Assembly: GCA_963767005.1 (NCBI GenBank)
Contig: CAVYCN010000012.1
Location: forward strand, 96,001-160,000
Length of the DNA: 64,000 bases
Source: an uncultured Actinomycetes bacterium
GTDB lineage: Bacteria > Actinomycetota > Thermoleophilia > UBA2241
Direction: 5' to 3'
This document shows positions 47,718 to 57,733 of this stretch, in pieces (position 1 is the stretch's first letter; each line of letters begins with the position of its first letter). A program made the translations under genes and the position numbers. The notes beneath the pieces are model-generated. The model did no database searches, was not told where the DNA came from, and saw only the letters and a list, made by a program, of their open reading frames with translations.

Positions 47718-49739
47718 ATGACGTCGTGGTGGGACATCGTGCGCGGCGGCGAAGCGCCGCCGCGCTGGCCGTACCCTATTCGCTACGGCACGCGGACCGT
47801 GATCACGGCCGACGTGCTGGTGCTGGGGGGCGGCATCGCCGGCTGCCACGCCGCCCTCTCCGCCGCGGCGGCGGGCGCCACGGTGGTCATGGTCGAAAAG
47901 GGCGACAGCCGCCGCAGCGGCCAGGGCGGCGCCGGCGTCGACCACTGGCAGGCGGCCTGCACCAACCCCTGCAGCACGGTCTCACCCGAGGAGTACACCC
48001 GGGCGATCGTCGCCGGCTTCGACGGCTACGACTGCGGCCCGGCGCGCTACGTGCAGTGCCGCGAGAGCTGGGACGCGGCCCTCGACTGCGAGCGCTGGGG
48101 CATGCAGCTGCGCGACGCGCGCGGCGAGTTCGAGGGCGCCGAGTTCCGCGACCCCGCCACGGGACTACTGTTCGCCTACGACTACGACGCCCGCCACACG
48201 CTGCGGGTGTACGGCCACGACGTCAAGCTGCACCTGTGCCGGGCGGTCAAGCGGGCGGGCGTGCAGGTCGTCGATCGCGTGATGGCGACCAGCCTGCTGA
48301 CCGAGGGCGGCCGCCGCGGCGCGCGCGTCGTGGGCGCGACCGGGGTGAGCGTGCGCACCGGCGAGTTCTTCGTCTTTCACGCCGGGGCCACGATCCTGGC
48401 GCTCGCCCACCCGCGGCGCGAGTGGGTCTTCTCGACCGAGCTCTCCGGCGGCGCGGCCACCTTCGCCGACCTGAACATCGTCGGCGATGGCCACGCCATG
48501 GCCTGGAACGCCGGCGCCGCCTTCGCCGGCATGGAGGGCTCCTATGGCACGGCCGGCGGCTTCGCCTACATCCAGTACGGGGTCGGCTACCCCGACAACA
48601 CCTGGTACGGCTGCTCGATGGTCGACGCCGACGGTCGCGAGGTGCCCTGGTTCGACGCCCGCGGCCACGAGCTCGGCGCGGCGCGCGAGCGCTTCCACCC
48701 GGCGCCGGGACAGCCCTTCGTGCTGATGGGCGGCGGCCTCGTGGGCGGGCCACTGCCGCCCGAGACCGACGGTAACCACCTCGACCCGTCGCTCGCCGAG
48801 CGCGTGCGGCGCGGCGAGGTACGCCTGCCGCTCTACGCCGACCTGCCGGGCCTGCCGGCGCACGAGCGCCGCGCCATCTTCGGCCTCATGGTCGGCAACG
48901 AGGGCAAGAGCCGGGTGCCGGTCTACGAGACCTACACGCGGGCCGGCTTCGACCCCGACCGCGACATGCTGCAGGCGCCGATCATGCCGCCCGACGCCTA
49001 CCAGAGCCCGCACTATCCCGCCGGCGCATCGGTGCCCCAGTTCCGCGAGACCTTCGGCGGCGGCACCGTCGTCGACTGGGACCTGCGCACGAGCCTCGAG
49101 GGGCTCTACGCGGCCGGCCGCTGCATCTACGGCGGCGGCGACCACTCAGGCGCCGCAAGCACCGGCCGCTACGCCGGCCGGCGGGCGGCCGCCTACGCGT
49201 TGCGCACCGCCGCGGCGGCCGTCGACGAGCGCCAGGTGACGACCGAGCAGGCGCGCGCCTATGCGCCGCTCGACGAGCGGTCCGGGGCGCTCGGCTGGAA
49301 GGAGCTGAACGCCGGCATCTGCCGGATCATGCAGGACCACTGCGGCCGGCACCGCGGCGAGGAGACCCTGCGCCTGGGCCTGCGGCGTCTCGCCGAGCTG
49401 CGTGAGTCGGAGCTCGCCCGCGGCTACGCCGCCAACCCGCACGAGCTCGGCCGGCTGCTCGAATGCCACACCATCCTCACGGTGGCCGAGCTGATCGTGC
49501 ACGCCTCGCTCGCCCGCCGCGCGAGCTGCGCGGCCCTCGACTTCGCGCGGCTCGACTATCCCGACGAGCCGCCCGAGTGGCACAAGCTCTCCACCGTGCG
49601 CCGCGACGGCGGGGCCGGGGACGACCCGGCCGACGGCGACGTGACCGCGGGCGAGCTGCCGCTCGACTACTTCTTGCGCGCGCCGTGCGCCTCGACCTAC
49701 GAGGACAACTACCGCGCCCGCGAGGAGGCGGCGCGATGA
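47718..49739 (+). CDS. FAD-dependent oxidoreductase, AprA/SdhA-like flavoprotein
   Basis: DVLVLGGGIAG, EKGDSRRSG, GDGHAMA, TSLEGLYAAG, and helical C-terminal domain HASLARRAS...RLDYP. Confidence 0.82.
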   Translation: MTSWWDIVRGGEAPPRWPYPIRYGTRTVITADVLVLGGGIAGCHAALSAAAAGATVVMVEKGDSRRSGQGGAGVDHWQAACTNPCSTVSPEEYTRAIVAGFDGYDCGPARYVQCRESWDAALDCERWGMQLRDARGEFEGAEFRDPATGLLFAYDYDARHTLRVYGHDVKLHLCRAVKRAGVQVVDRVMATSLLTEGGRRGARVVGATGVSVRTGEFFVFHAGATILALAHPRREWVFSTELSGGAATFADLNIVGDGHAMAWNAGAAFAGMEGSYGTAGGFAYIQYGVGYPDNTWYGCSMVDADGREVPWFDARGHELGAARERFHPAPGQPFVLMGGGLVGGPLPPETDGNHLDPSLAERVRRGEVRLPLYADLPGLPAHERRAIFGLMVGNEGKSRVPVYETYTRAGFDPDRDMLQAPIMPPDAYQSPHYPAGASVPQFRETFGGGTVVDWDLRTSLEGLYAAGRCIYGGGDHSGAASTGRYAGRRAAAYALRTAAAAVDERQVTTEQARAYAPLDERSGALGWKELNAGICRIMQDHCGRHRGEETLRLGLRRLAELRESELARGYAANPHELGRLLECHTILTVAELIVHASLARRASCAALDFARLDYPDEPPEWHKLSTVRRDGGAGDDPADGDVTAGELPLDYFLRAPCASTYEDNYRAREEAAR

Positions 49740-50080
49740 GCGACGCCGTCTTCATGACGCCCAACCCGCCGACGCCGAACATTCCGGTGCGCTTCGACGC
49801 GGCCGTCTGCAACGGCTGCAACCTGTGCGTCGAGATCTGCCGCACCGACGTGCTCATGCCCAGTCCGACCCGACAGGCCCCGCCTGTCGTGCTCTACCCC
49901 GACGAGTGCTGGTACTGCGGCTGCTGCGTCGAGGACTGCCCGCGACCGGGTGCGATCACCATGGTGCATCCGCTCAACCAGAGCGTCGTCGTGGCCTGGA
50001 AGCGCAAGGCGTCTGGCGAGCACTTCCGCCTCGGCATGAAGGAGCCGCCGCCGCCCAACCGGCGCCCGCCGGCCGGCTGA
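49736..50080 (+). CDS. 2x[4Fe-4S] ferredoxin, AprB-like
   Basis: CNGCNLCVEIC and ECWYCGCCVEDCP motifs; ATGA overlap with the flavoprotein gene. Confidence 0.88.
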   Translation: MSDAVFMTPNPPTPNIPVRFDAAVCNGCNLCVEICRTDVLMPSPTRQAPPVVLYPDECWYCGCCVEDCPRPGAITMVHPLNQSVVVAWKRKASGEHFRLGMKEPPPPNRRPPAG

Positions 50081-50320
50081 CCCCCCGCCGGCCTGCCGCG
50101 GGCGCGAGGTAGGCCCGCACCCGCGGGCCCGCGGCACGCCCACGCACGACCGATCCTCAGGTCTTCTCCTCACGTCTTCGTATGCCGCCGCCACGGGAAA
50201 CAGCCGGTAGGGACAGATGCCGACGGGACGCACCGATGGCACGTGGCGGGCGATCCTCGCCGGCGGCCGCTGTCGCCGGCGACCACCGAGGCAGACGGAG
50301 CAACGAGAAGGAGAGGACCC

Positions 50321-51835
50321 ATGCACCCCGAGCCCAAGCCGCATGACGATCAGGAGGGCAGCGAGGCACGGCCCGCCGTGCGGCTGGCCGAGACGCCGGC
50401 GCCGGCGCCGCTCGCGCCGCCGCCCGAGTTCGTGCAGCTCAGCGTCGGCAAGCGGGTCCAGCTCGGCAGGGCCGCTCGTCGCGACGCGCCGCGCGCGAGT
50501 CACGGTACGTGGCGCCCGGCGCCCGACCGGCCCGACCCGATCGCGCTCCTCGAGGAGCAGGCGAAGGACCGCGTCCCCGAGCTCGTCCCCATCCGCTACG
50601 GACGCATGCTGGAGTCACCCTTTGCGTTCTTCCGGGGCGCCGCGCTGATCATGGCGGCCGACCTCGCGCCGACGCCGGACTCGGGCATCACGGTGCAGCT
50701 CTGCGGCGACGCGCACGTCCTGAACTTCGGCGTGTTCGGCTCGCCCGAGCGCCAGCTCGTGTTCGACGTCAACGACTTCGACGAGACGCTGCCGGGCCCC
50801 TGGGAGTGGGACCTGAAGCGTCTGGTCGCGAGCCTCGAGGTGTCGGGTCGCGAGCTCGGGTTCGACCCGGCCGACAGGCGCGAGGTCGTGATGGCGGCGG
50901 TGCTCGAGTATCGCGACGTCATGCGTCAGGCGGCGGGCCTGCCCACGCTCGACGTCTGGTACTCCCACATGAACGTCGACGACGTCCTCGCCTGGGTGCG
51001 CACCGAGGTGCGCGAGCGGCGCCTCGGCAAGCGGGAGGCCAAAGAGACGACCCAGGACATGGCGAGGGCCAGGACCCGCGACAGCATGCGGATCTTCTCG
51101 AAGCGGACCGGCGTGGTGGGCGACGAGCTGCAGATCGTGGCCGAGCCGCCGCTCGTCGTGCCCATCGAGGACCTGGTCGTGCCCGGCACGGGCTGGGATG
51201 ACGTGCGCGGCGTCTTCGAGGAGCTCATCCGCTCCTACCGCCAGACCCTCGTGGGTCATCGCCACCCGATCGAGGAGTTCCGCTACCTGCACAGTGCACG
51301 CAAGGTCGTCGGCGTGGGCAGCGTCGGGACGCGCTGCTGGATCCACCTCTTCGTGGGCCGCGACGACGAGGACCCGCTGTTCCTGCAGTCCAAGGAGGCT
51401 CAGGCGTCGGTCCTCGAACGCTTCCTCAAGCGCAGCCCGTACCGCAACCACGCCCAGCGCGTCGTGGTAGGCCAGCGGCTCATGCAGGCGGCGAGCGACA
51501 TCTTCCTGGGCTTCCTGCGCATCACGAGCCTCGACGGCGTGACCCGCGACTTCTACGTGCGCCAGCTCCACGACTGGAAGGGCGGCGTCGACGCCGACAC
51601 GCTGCGCGTGCCCGGCGCGACCCTGTACGGACGGATGTGCGCGGCGACCCTGGCCCGAGCGCACGCGCGCCTCGGCGACCGGATCGCGATGGCCTCGTAC
51701 ATGGGCAAGGGCGCCGCCCTCGACCGAGCACTCGCCGACTTCGCGGTCGCCTACGCCGACCAGAACGAGCGCGACTACGAGACCTTCGTCGCGGCGGTCG
51801 ACCGCGGCCGGCTCGCGGCCGAGAGAGGTCTCTAG
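50321..51835 (+). CDS. DUF2252 domain-containing protein (kinase-like)
   Basis: RYGRMLESPFAFFRG, CGDAHVLNFG, FDVNDFDE, RKVVGVGSVG and FYVRQL motifs. Confidence 0.9.
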   Translation: MHPEPKPHDDQEGSEARPAVRLAETPAPAPLAPPPEFVQLSVGKRVQLGRAARRDAPRASHGTWRPAPDRPDPIALLEEQAKDRVPELVPIRYGRMLESPFAFFRGAALIMAADLAPTPDSGITVQLCGDAHVLNFGVFGSPERQLVFDVNDFDETLPGPWEWDLKRLVASLEVSGRELGFDPADRREVVMAAVLEYRDVMRQAAGLPTLDVWYSHMNVDDVLAWVRTEVRERRLGKREAKETTQDMARARTRDSMRIFSKRTGVVGDELQIVAEPPLVVPIEDLVVPGTGWDDVRGVFEELIRSYRQTLVGHRHPIEEFRYLHSARKVVGVGSVGTRCWIHLFVGRDDEDPLFLQSKEAQASVLERFLKRSPYRNHAQRVVVGQRLMQAASDIFLGFLRITSLDGVTRDFYVRQLHDWKGGVDADTLRVPGATLYGRMCAATLARAHARLGDRIAMASYMGKGAALDRALADFAVAYADQNERDYETFVAAVDRGRLAAERGL

Positions 51836-51884
51836 GCGAAGCGCCGCCCGACCGGAGCGACGCGGCCGCCCGCGCGGGCGCGAG

Positions 51885-52568
51885 TCAGCGCTTCGCCGCT
51901 GCGGCGGGCAGGCCCGACTCGAGCAGCTCGGGCAGCGAGCGCTGCAGCATGAACTCGAGCACGGCGTAGGCGCGCTCCCGGTCGACCGTGCCGTCGATCA
52001 GCTCCTGGATGGCGAGGCCGTCGACCACCGCGGTGGCCAGCTCGGCGACGGCGAGCAGGACGTCTTCCTCGGCGGGCGAGGGCGTCTGTTCGGGCGGCAG
52101 CCAGTTGCGCTTGAGGCGCCGGTACCACTCGTAGACGCGCGCCATGCGGGCGCGCAGGCCGTCGATGCGCAGGGCATATGGGAGGATGTCGAAGAAGACG
52201 CGGAACGAGCGCGACGAGCCGATGGTGCGCAGGCCGTCGACGAACCGGGCCAGGCGCTCCTCGCGCGGCACCGCCGCCATGATCGTCGCGGCCTCCTCCT
52301 GGTCGTCGCGGAAGACCGAGTCGATCATCGCCTCGACGAGCCCGTCCTTGCTGCCGAAGTAGTACTGCACCATCGCCGAGTTGGCGCCCGACTCCTGGGC
52401 GACGGCGCGCAGCGTCAGGCCGGTGAAGCCCTTCTCGACCAGCACCCGCTGGGCGGCGGCGAGGATCTCGAGGGCGGCCGGCGACAGGCTGGCGCGAGGG
52501 TCCGCGACGAGGGGAGCGGTCGCGTCGGGCGTGAGGGACGTCTGGCCGGTGTCGGCGGCGGCGCTCAA
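51885..52568 (-). CDS. TetR/AcrR family transcriptional regulator
   Basis: ILAAA...GFTGLTLRAVAQESGANSAMVQYYFGSKDGL HTH. Confidence 0.9.
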   Translation of the reverse strand: MSAAADTGQTSLTPDATAPLVADPRASLSPAALEILAAAQRVLVEKGFTGLTLRAVAQESGANSAMVQYYFGSKDGLVEAMIDSVFRDDQEEAATIMAAVPREERLARFVDGLRTIGSSRSFRVFFDILPYALRIDGLRARMARVYEWYRRLKRNWLPPEQTPSPAEEDVLLAVAELATAVVDGLAIQELIDGTVDRERAYAVLEFMLQRSLPELLESGLPAAAAKR

Positions 52569-52594
52569 CGGTGTGGGCAGAAGCTGTGGTTGCT

Positions 52595-52639
52595 ATCAAT
52601 CACTTGATTGATTAGACTCCATTCCGCTCAATCAATCAA
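52595..52639. promoter_or_regulatory. TetR-type palindromic operator in the tetR/mmsA divergent region
   Basis: ATCAATCA-CT-TGATTGAT (52595-52612) plus a further TCAATCAATCAA half-site. Confidence 0.7.
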
Positions 52640-52667
52640 GCAGCCGTGACGGCGCGGAGGATTCGAG

Positions 52668-54206
52668 ATGGCACAAGTCAGCGAAGCGGTGAAGACCCTC
52701 GGCTACATGGTCGACGGCGAGTGGCGCGACTCGAAGTCGGACACCTGGGTCGACATCACCGACTCCAACACCGGCAAGGTCATCGCGCGCACCCCGATGT
52801 GCACCGAGGCCGAGGTCACCGAGGCGATCGAGTCGGCCAACGCGGCCTACCCCGCCTGGGCGTCGATGCCCATCCAGAAGCGTACCGAAGTGCTCTTCAC
52901 GTGGCGTCCGAAGCTCATCGAGCGCATGGACGAGATCGCCACCCTCGTCTCGACCGAGCTCGGCAAGAGCTTGGACGAGGCCCGCGGCGAGGTCATCAAG
53001 ATCATCGAGGCCATCGACATCGCCGTCGGCGCCCCGATGGTGCTGAAGGGCGAGTCGCTGATGAACGTGTCCACAGGGCACGACACGGTCACCTACCGCG
53101 AACCGCTCGGCGTCTTCGCCGGCATCGCGCCGTTCAACTTCCCGGCCATGATCCCGTTCGGCTGGATGCTGCCCATCTGCATCGCCTGCGGCAACACGTT
53201 CGTGCTCAAGTCGGCCAACTTCGTGCCGCTCACGAGCCACCTGCTGCTCGACATGCTGTATGAGTGCGGCCTGCCGAAGGGCGTCGTCAACATGGTGACG
53301 GCCGAGAAGGAGCACGCCGAAGTGCTGCTCAAGCATCCGGCCGTGCGCGGCGTCAGCTTCGTCGGCACCACGCCGGTCGGCAAGCACGTCTACTCCATCG
53401 CCGCCGCCCAGGGCAAGCGCGTCCAGGCGCAGACGCAGGCCAAGAACCACGGCCTCGTGCTGCGTGACGCTTCGCTCGAGCGTGCGGCCCGCGGCATCAT
53501 CAACTCGACCTTCGGTTGCGCCGGCATGCGCTGCATGGCGTTGCCGGTCTGTGTGGTCGAGAACGTGATCGCCGACGAGTTCGTGGCGCTCATGAAGAAG
53601 TTCGCCATGGAGCGTGTCATCGGCAACGCCACCGATCCCAAGACGGAGCTCGGCCCGGTCGTCTCCGCCGCCCACAAGAAGTTCGTCCTGGGCTGGATCG
53701 AGAAGGCCATCGCAGAGGGCGCCGAGCTCGTGCTCGACGGCCGCGACGTCTGCGACCGCCTGCCCGAGGAGCTCAAGGGCGGCCACTACATCGGCCCGAC
53801 GATCTTCGATCACGTGACCGAGGACATGGTCTGCGGCCGCGAAGAGGCGTTCGGTCCCGTGCTGTTCATCAAGCGCGTCGAGGACTTCGAAGAGGGCATC
53901 ACCCTGATGAACAACAACCCGTACGCCAACGGGTCGTGCATCTTCACCGAGAGCGGCTACTACTCACGCGAGTTCGCGCGGCGCACGCATGCGGGGATGG
54001 TGGGCATCAACGTCGGCATCCCGGTGCCGGTGAGCTTCTTCCCGTTCGCGGGCCACAAGGAAAGCTTCTTCGGCGACAATCACGTCTTCGGCAAGGACGG
54101 CTTTCAGTTTTTCACCGAGACCAAGTGCGTCACCACGCGCTGGTTCACCGAAGCCGACAAGAAGCAGAAGTTCGTCAGCACCTGGGAGGGCACGGTCAAC
54201 CGGTAA
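52668..54206 (+). CDS. mmsA: CoA-acylating methylmalonate-semialdehyde dehydrogenase
   Basis: PFNFPAMIP, AKNH, GCAGMRCMA, EEAFGPV, GINVGIP and FFTETK motifs. Confidence 0.9.
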   Translation: MAQVSEAVKTLGYMVDGEWRDSKSDTWVDITDSNTGKVIARTPMCTEAEVTEAIESANAAYPAWASMPIQKRTEVLFTWRPKLIERMDEIATLVSTELGKSLDEARGEVIKIIEAIDIAVGAPMVLKGESLMNVSTGHDTVTYREPLGVFAGIAPFNFPAMIPFGWMLPICIACGNTFVLKSANFVPLTSHLLLDMLYECGLPKGVVNMVTAEKEHAEVLLKHPAVRGVSFVGTTPVGKHVYSIAAAQGKRVQAQTQAKNHGLVLRDASLERAARGIINSTFGCAGMRCMALPVCVVENVIADEFVALMKKFAMERVIGNATDPKTELGPVVSAAHKKFVLGWIEKAIAEGAELVLDGRDVCDRLPEELKGGHYIGPTIFDHVTEDMVCGREEAFGPVLFIKRVEDFEEGITLMNNNPYANGSCIFTESGYYSREFARRTHAGMVGINVGIPVPVSFFPFAGHKESFFGDNHVFGKDGFQFFTETKCVTTRWFTEADKKQKFVSTWEGTVNR

Positions 54207-54237
54207 GCCGGAACGACCAGACCGCACCGCCTGCGCC

Positions 54238-54277
54238 AAGGGGGCGGGCCCGCAAGGGCCCGCCCCCTTCGCCTTTT
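54238..54277 (+). terminator. Intrinsic terminator (probably bidirectional)
   Basis: AAGGGGGCGGGCCC-GCAA-GGGCCCGCCCCCTT followed by CGCCTTTT. Confidence 0.8.
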
Positions 54278-54294
54278 GGTGCGACCCCTGGAGC

Positions 54295-55620
54295 CTAGTC
54301 TCGCCCCTCGCCGGCGCTCGCTGCGGAGTCCGTCGCCGTGTTTCGCCCCTCGCCGGCGCTCGACCGCGCCAGCTCGGCGAGCAGCGCCGCCTCGTCGGGC
54401 ACGAAACGGGCGGCGGTGTCGCGCAGCGACACCGCCGCCCCCGTGTGGTCCTGCTCGAGCACGCCGGCCAGCACCCACACCCGCGCGCCGCGCGCCAGCG
54501 CGGCGCGCACCGCGTCGAGGTTGCGCGCGTTGCCGTGGCCGAACGGCACCTCGGACAGCACGACGAGGTCGGCGTCGGCCATGAGACGCAGGTTCTCGGC
54601 GTGGGCCTCGTCGCCGATCGGCGCGAAAGGTGCTTCGACCGCCAGCGGCAGGCCGAGCTCACGCCCGGTCACCTCGTCGGAGTCGAGCGCATTCAGCACG
54701 CCGGCGCTCACGCTGTAGCCGCGATCGGACAGCTCGCGCATGAGGCTCGAACCGGTGCCGCCGCCACAGACCAGGTGGACGCGGCCGTACCTGCCGCCGG
54801 CCGCCGCGCGGCGCGGCGAGAAGGTGAGGAACGTACGACCGGCCTGGCGGTGGACGAAGGCGTGCACGCCGTAAACCGCCTCGAGCACCTCGGGCGACAG
54901 CGCCTCTTCGGTCGGCCCCCACGCCGCCACGCTGCCGCGCGAGAGCACGAGCAACCGGTCGAAGTAGGCGAGCGCCAGATTCAAGTCGTGCAGCACGCAG
55001 ATCACCGTGAGGCCCTCGGCGTTCAGCTCCTTGAGCAGCTCGAAGAGAGCAAGCTGGTGGGACACGTCGAGGCTCGACGCCGGCTCGTCCAGGAGCAGCA
55101 GGCCGGCGTCCTGCACGAGGGCCTGGGCGAGCACCACCATCTGCTTCTCGCCACCGGAGAGCTGCGGGAAGCGCCGCTCGGCGAGGTCGGCGATGCCCAG
55201 CCGATCGAGCGCCGCCGCGGCCGCGCTGGCCGGCGTGCAGTCGGCGCCGCGGCAGTAGGCGCCCATCTCGACGACCTCGCGCACGGTGAGGTCGAACTCG
55301 AGGGCGAACTGCTGGGGCACGAGGGCAATCTCGCGGGCCATGTCGCGCCGCCGGTAATCGCGTGTCGCGCGGCCGCGCACGAGCACGGCGCCCTCGACCG
55401 GGGCGAGCACGCCGTCGATCAGGTCCAGCAGAGTGCTCTTGCCGCTGCCGTTGGGGCCGACCACACCGACGAAGTCCCCGCCGCGCAGCGCGAACGAGAC
55501 CCGTTTGAGCACGGGCCGCTCGGCGTCGTAGGCAAACGACGCCGCCCGCACCTCGACCAGGGCCGGCGCCGCGCCGGCCGGCGCGGCGCCGGCACGCACC
55601 CGCTCGTCGAGGCCGCTCAC
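54295..55620 (-). CDS. btuD: Cobalamin/iron-chelate ABC transporter ATP-binding protein with C-terminal extension
   Basis: GPNGSGKST, LSGGEKQ, LLDEP and HDLNLA motifs; extra domain beginning VHLVCGGGTG. Confidence 0.8.
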   Translation of the reverse strand: MSGLDERVRAGAAPAGAAPALVEVRAASFAYDAERPVLKRVSFALRGGDFVGVVGPNGSGKSTLLDLIDGVLAPVEGAVLVRGRATRDYRRRDMAREIALVPQQFALEFDLTVREVVEMGAYCRGADCTPASAAAAALDRLGIADLAERRFPQLSGGEKQMVVLAQALVQDAGLLLLDEPASSLDVSHQLALFELLKELNAEGLTVICVLHDLNLALAYFDRLLVLSRGSVAAWGPTEEALSPEVLEAVYGVHAFVHRQAGRTFLTFSPRRAAAGGRYGRVHLVCGGGTGSSLMRELSDRGYSVSAGVLNALDSDEVTGRELGLPLAVEAPFAPIGDEAHAENLRLMADADLVVLSEVPFGHGNARNLDAVRAALARGARVWVLAGVLEQDHTGAAVSLRDTAARFVPDEAALLAELARSSAGEGRNTATDSAASAGEGRD

Positions 55621-56657
55621 GCCCGCCGCCCCCGCCCGCGGCGCAGCAGGTACACGAACACCGGCGCCCCGATGAAGGTCGTCACGACGCCCACCGGGAT
55701 CTCGGTCGGCGCCACCAGCGTGCGCGCGAGCAGGTCGGCCACCGACAGCAGGGCGGCCCCCATGAGCAGCGAGATCGGCAGCAGGCGACGGTGGCTCGGC
55801 CCGACCAGCAGGCGCACGACGTGGGGCACGATGAGGCCCACGAAGGCGATGATGCCCGACACCGAGACGGCGATCGCCGTAAGGATGGCGGCCGTGACGA
55901 CCAGCACCGCCTTGGTGCGCTCGACGTCGACGCCGAGCTCGAGGGCGCGCTTCTCGCCCTGCAGCAGGATGTTCATCTCCTTCGTGAAGAAGAGCGGCAC
56001 GGCCATGAACGGCACCGCGATGAGCGCCGTCTCGACGTCGGTCCAGGTGCGTCCCGAGAAGCTGCCGAGCAGCCAGTACAGGATGGCGCCGAGGTCGTCG
56101 TTAGCGTGGATCATGACGACCGTAATGACGGCGGAGAGCAGGTACGAGGCCGTGATGCCGGCGAGCAGCAGCACGTAGACGTCGATGCGGCCCCGCCGCC
56201 GGGCGGCCGTCCAGACCAGCAGCAGGGTGAGCAGGCCGCCGATCATCGCCATGCCGGTCAGCCACAGCCCGCTCGCCAGGCCGAGGACGATGGCGACGGT
56301 GGCCCCCAGGGCGGCGCCCGACGAGACCCCGGTCACATAGGGGTCGGTGAGCGGGTTCAGGAACAGGTCCTGCAGGATCACGCCGGCGACGGCGAGCGCC
56401 GCGCCGACCACGAAGGCGAGCACGACGCGCGGCATGCGGATCTGCCAGAGGATGATGCTGTCCGGGCTGCGCGACGCGGGACCGGCCAGCAGGTGATGCC
56501 AGAGCTGCCCGATCGACAGCGACGCCGGGCCGAGCGACAGCGACACGACCACGCACGCCAGTGAGACGCCGACCGCCAGGGCGACGCCGGGCCATCCCTG
56601 CAGGGCGGCCCGGCGTCGCGGCGCCGGCGTCTCCGCGCGGCTCTCGCTTGCCGGCAC
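55617..56657 (-). CDS. btuC: Cobalamin/iron-chelate ABC transporter permease (FecCD/BtuC)
   Basis: IRMPR, NPLTDPYVTGVSSGA, FVGLIVPH and EIPVG motifs. Confidence 0.85.
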   Translation of the reverse strand: MPASESRAETPAPRRRAALQGWPGVALAVGVSLACVVVSLSLGPASLSIGQLWHHLLAGPASRSPDSIILWQIRMPRVVLAFVVGAALAVAGVILQDLFLNPLTDPYVTGVSSGAALGATVAIVLGLASGLWLTGMAMIGGLLTLLLVWTAARRRGRIDVYVLLLAGITASYLLSAVITVVMIHANDDLGAILYWLLGSFSGRTWTDVETALIAVPFMAVPLFFTKEMNILLQGEKRALELGVDVERTKAVLVVTAAILTAIAVSVSGIIAFVGLIVPHVVRLLVGPSHRRLLPISLLMGAALLSVADLLARTLVAPTEIPVGVVTTFIGAPVFVYLLRRGRGRRA

Positions 56658-56714
56658 GTCAGCCGTGGCGCCGACTCTCCGCGTCGCGGTCGAGCCGGCT
56701 CAGGACGAGGTCGC

Positions 56715-57707
56715 TCACGGCGCAGCCGTGGGCGACGGCGACCCGAAGGCCTCGGGGTGGATCGCCCTGGCGAGCTGCTCGAGCCCGTCGACCAAGCGCG
56801 GACCGGGACGGTCTAGGATGTTCTGGTCGAGCACGTACACGCGCTGGTCCTGCACCGCCTGCAGCGCCGAGTAGCCCTTGCGCTTGGCGATCTGGCCGGG
56901 GCTCACCATGCTGCCGGTCGTGGCGATGTAGACGGCCGGGTCGTCCTTGAACAGGATCTCCTCGCTGAACGTCGGAAAGCCCGAGCCGGCGGCGTCGCCG
57001 ATGTTCGTGCCGCCGGCGAGCGTCACCATGTTGTCGACATAGGTGCCGGTGCCGGCGGTCATGAGCGGCTTGCTGTAGATCTCGACGAAGACCGACTCCT
57101 TGGGCAGGCCCGCGACCTTCTGCTCGATCGCGGTCGTGCGCTGCTTGAGCGAGGCGACGACCGTGTCCGCCGTGGTCGAGACGCCCATCAACTTACCGAG
57201 CGCGGTAAGGTCCGAGAACACGCCGCTCAGGGACGTCGGGTCGACCACGAAGACCTTGACTCCGAGGTTCTCGAGCTTGCTGCGCAGGCTGGCCTGGATG
57301 CCGCCCGCGGCCAGCACAAGGTTGGGCTGGAACGAGACGATCTTCTCGACGCTCGGGTTTGCGAAGTCGCCGACCTTCGGCAGCTTCTTGGCGGCCGCCG
57401 GGTAATCGTCGTAGATCGTGCCGGCCACCAGCTTGTCGCCGGCGCCGATGGCGAAGGCGATCTCGGTGTTGGCGGGCGCGAGCGACACGACGCGCGCGGC
57501 CGGGGCGGTGAGCGTGACCTGGTGACCGGAGTCGTCGGTGACGGTGATCGGACCGCCGGTCGCGGACGGGCTGGTCGAGCTCGACACGCTGGTCGTGCTG
57601 CCGCAGGCCGCGGCCAGGAGCGCGAGGACGACGACCAGAGCAAGGACGACGACGAGCGATGCGAGTGATCTGGCGCGCCTCGCGTTGGCGGGACGGTCGG
57701 GGGTCAT
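56715..57707 (-). CDS. btuF: Cobalamin-binding lipoprotein
   Basis: LAAAC lipobox, TVTDDSG, RVVSLAPANTEI and RPGPRL motifs; GAAAGG SD. Confidence 0.82.
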   Translation of the reverse strand: MTPDRPANARRARSLASLVVVLALVVVLALLAAACGSTTSVSSSTSPSATGGPITVTDDSGHQVTLTAPAARVVSLAPANTEIAFAIGAGDKLVAGTIYDDYPAAAKKLPKVGDFANPSVEKIVSFQPNLVLAAGGIQASLRSKLENLGVKVFVVDPTSLSGVFSDLTALGKLMGVSTTADTVVASLKQRTTAIEQKVAGLPKESVFVEIYSKPLMTAGTGTYVDNMVTLAGGTNIGDAAGSGFPTFSEEILFKDDPAVYIATTGSMVSPGQIAKRKGYSALQAVQDQRVYVLDQNILDRPGPRLVDGLEQLARAIHPEAFGSPSPTAAP

Positions 57708-57733
57708 GGGTTTCCTTTCATCTGTGGCTTCTC

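Noticed and set aside
47718-50080. Evidence of dissimilatory sulfate reduction
   Set aside because: Only a distant AprAB-like pair; no sat/qmo/dsr in the window.
54301-54362. 20-bp direct repeat with a 22-bp spacer (mini-CRISPR-like)
   Set aside because: Only two copies, lying in the btuD 3' end (encodes SAGEGR twice); a local duplication.
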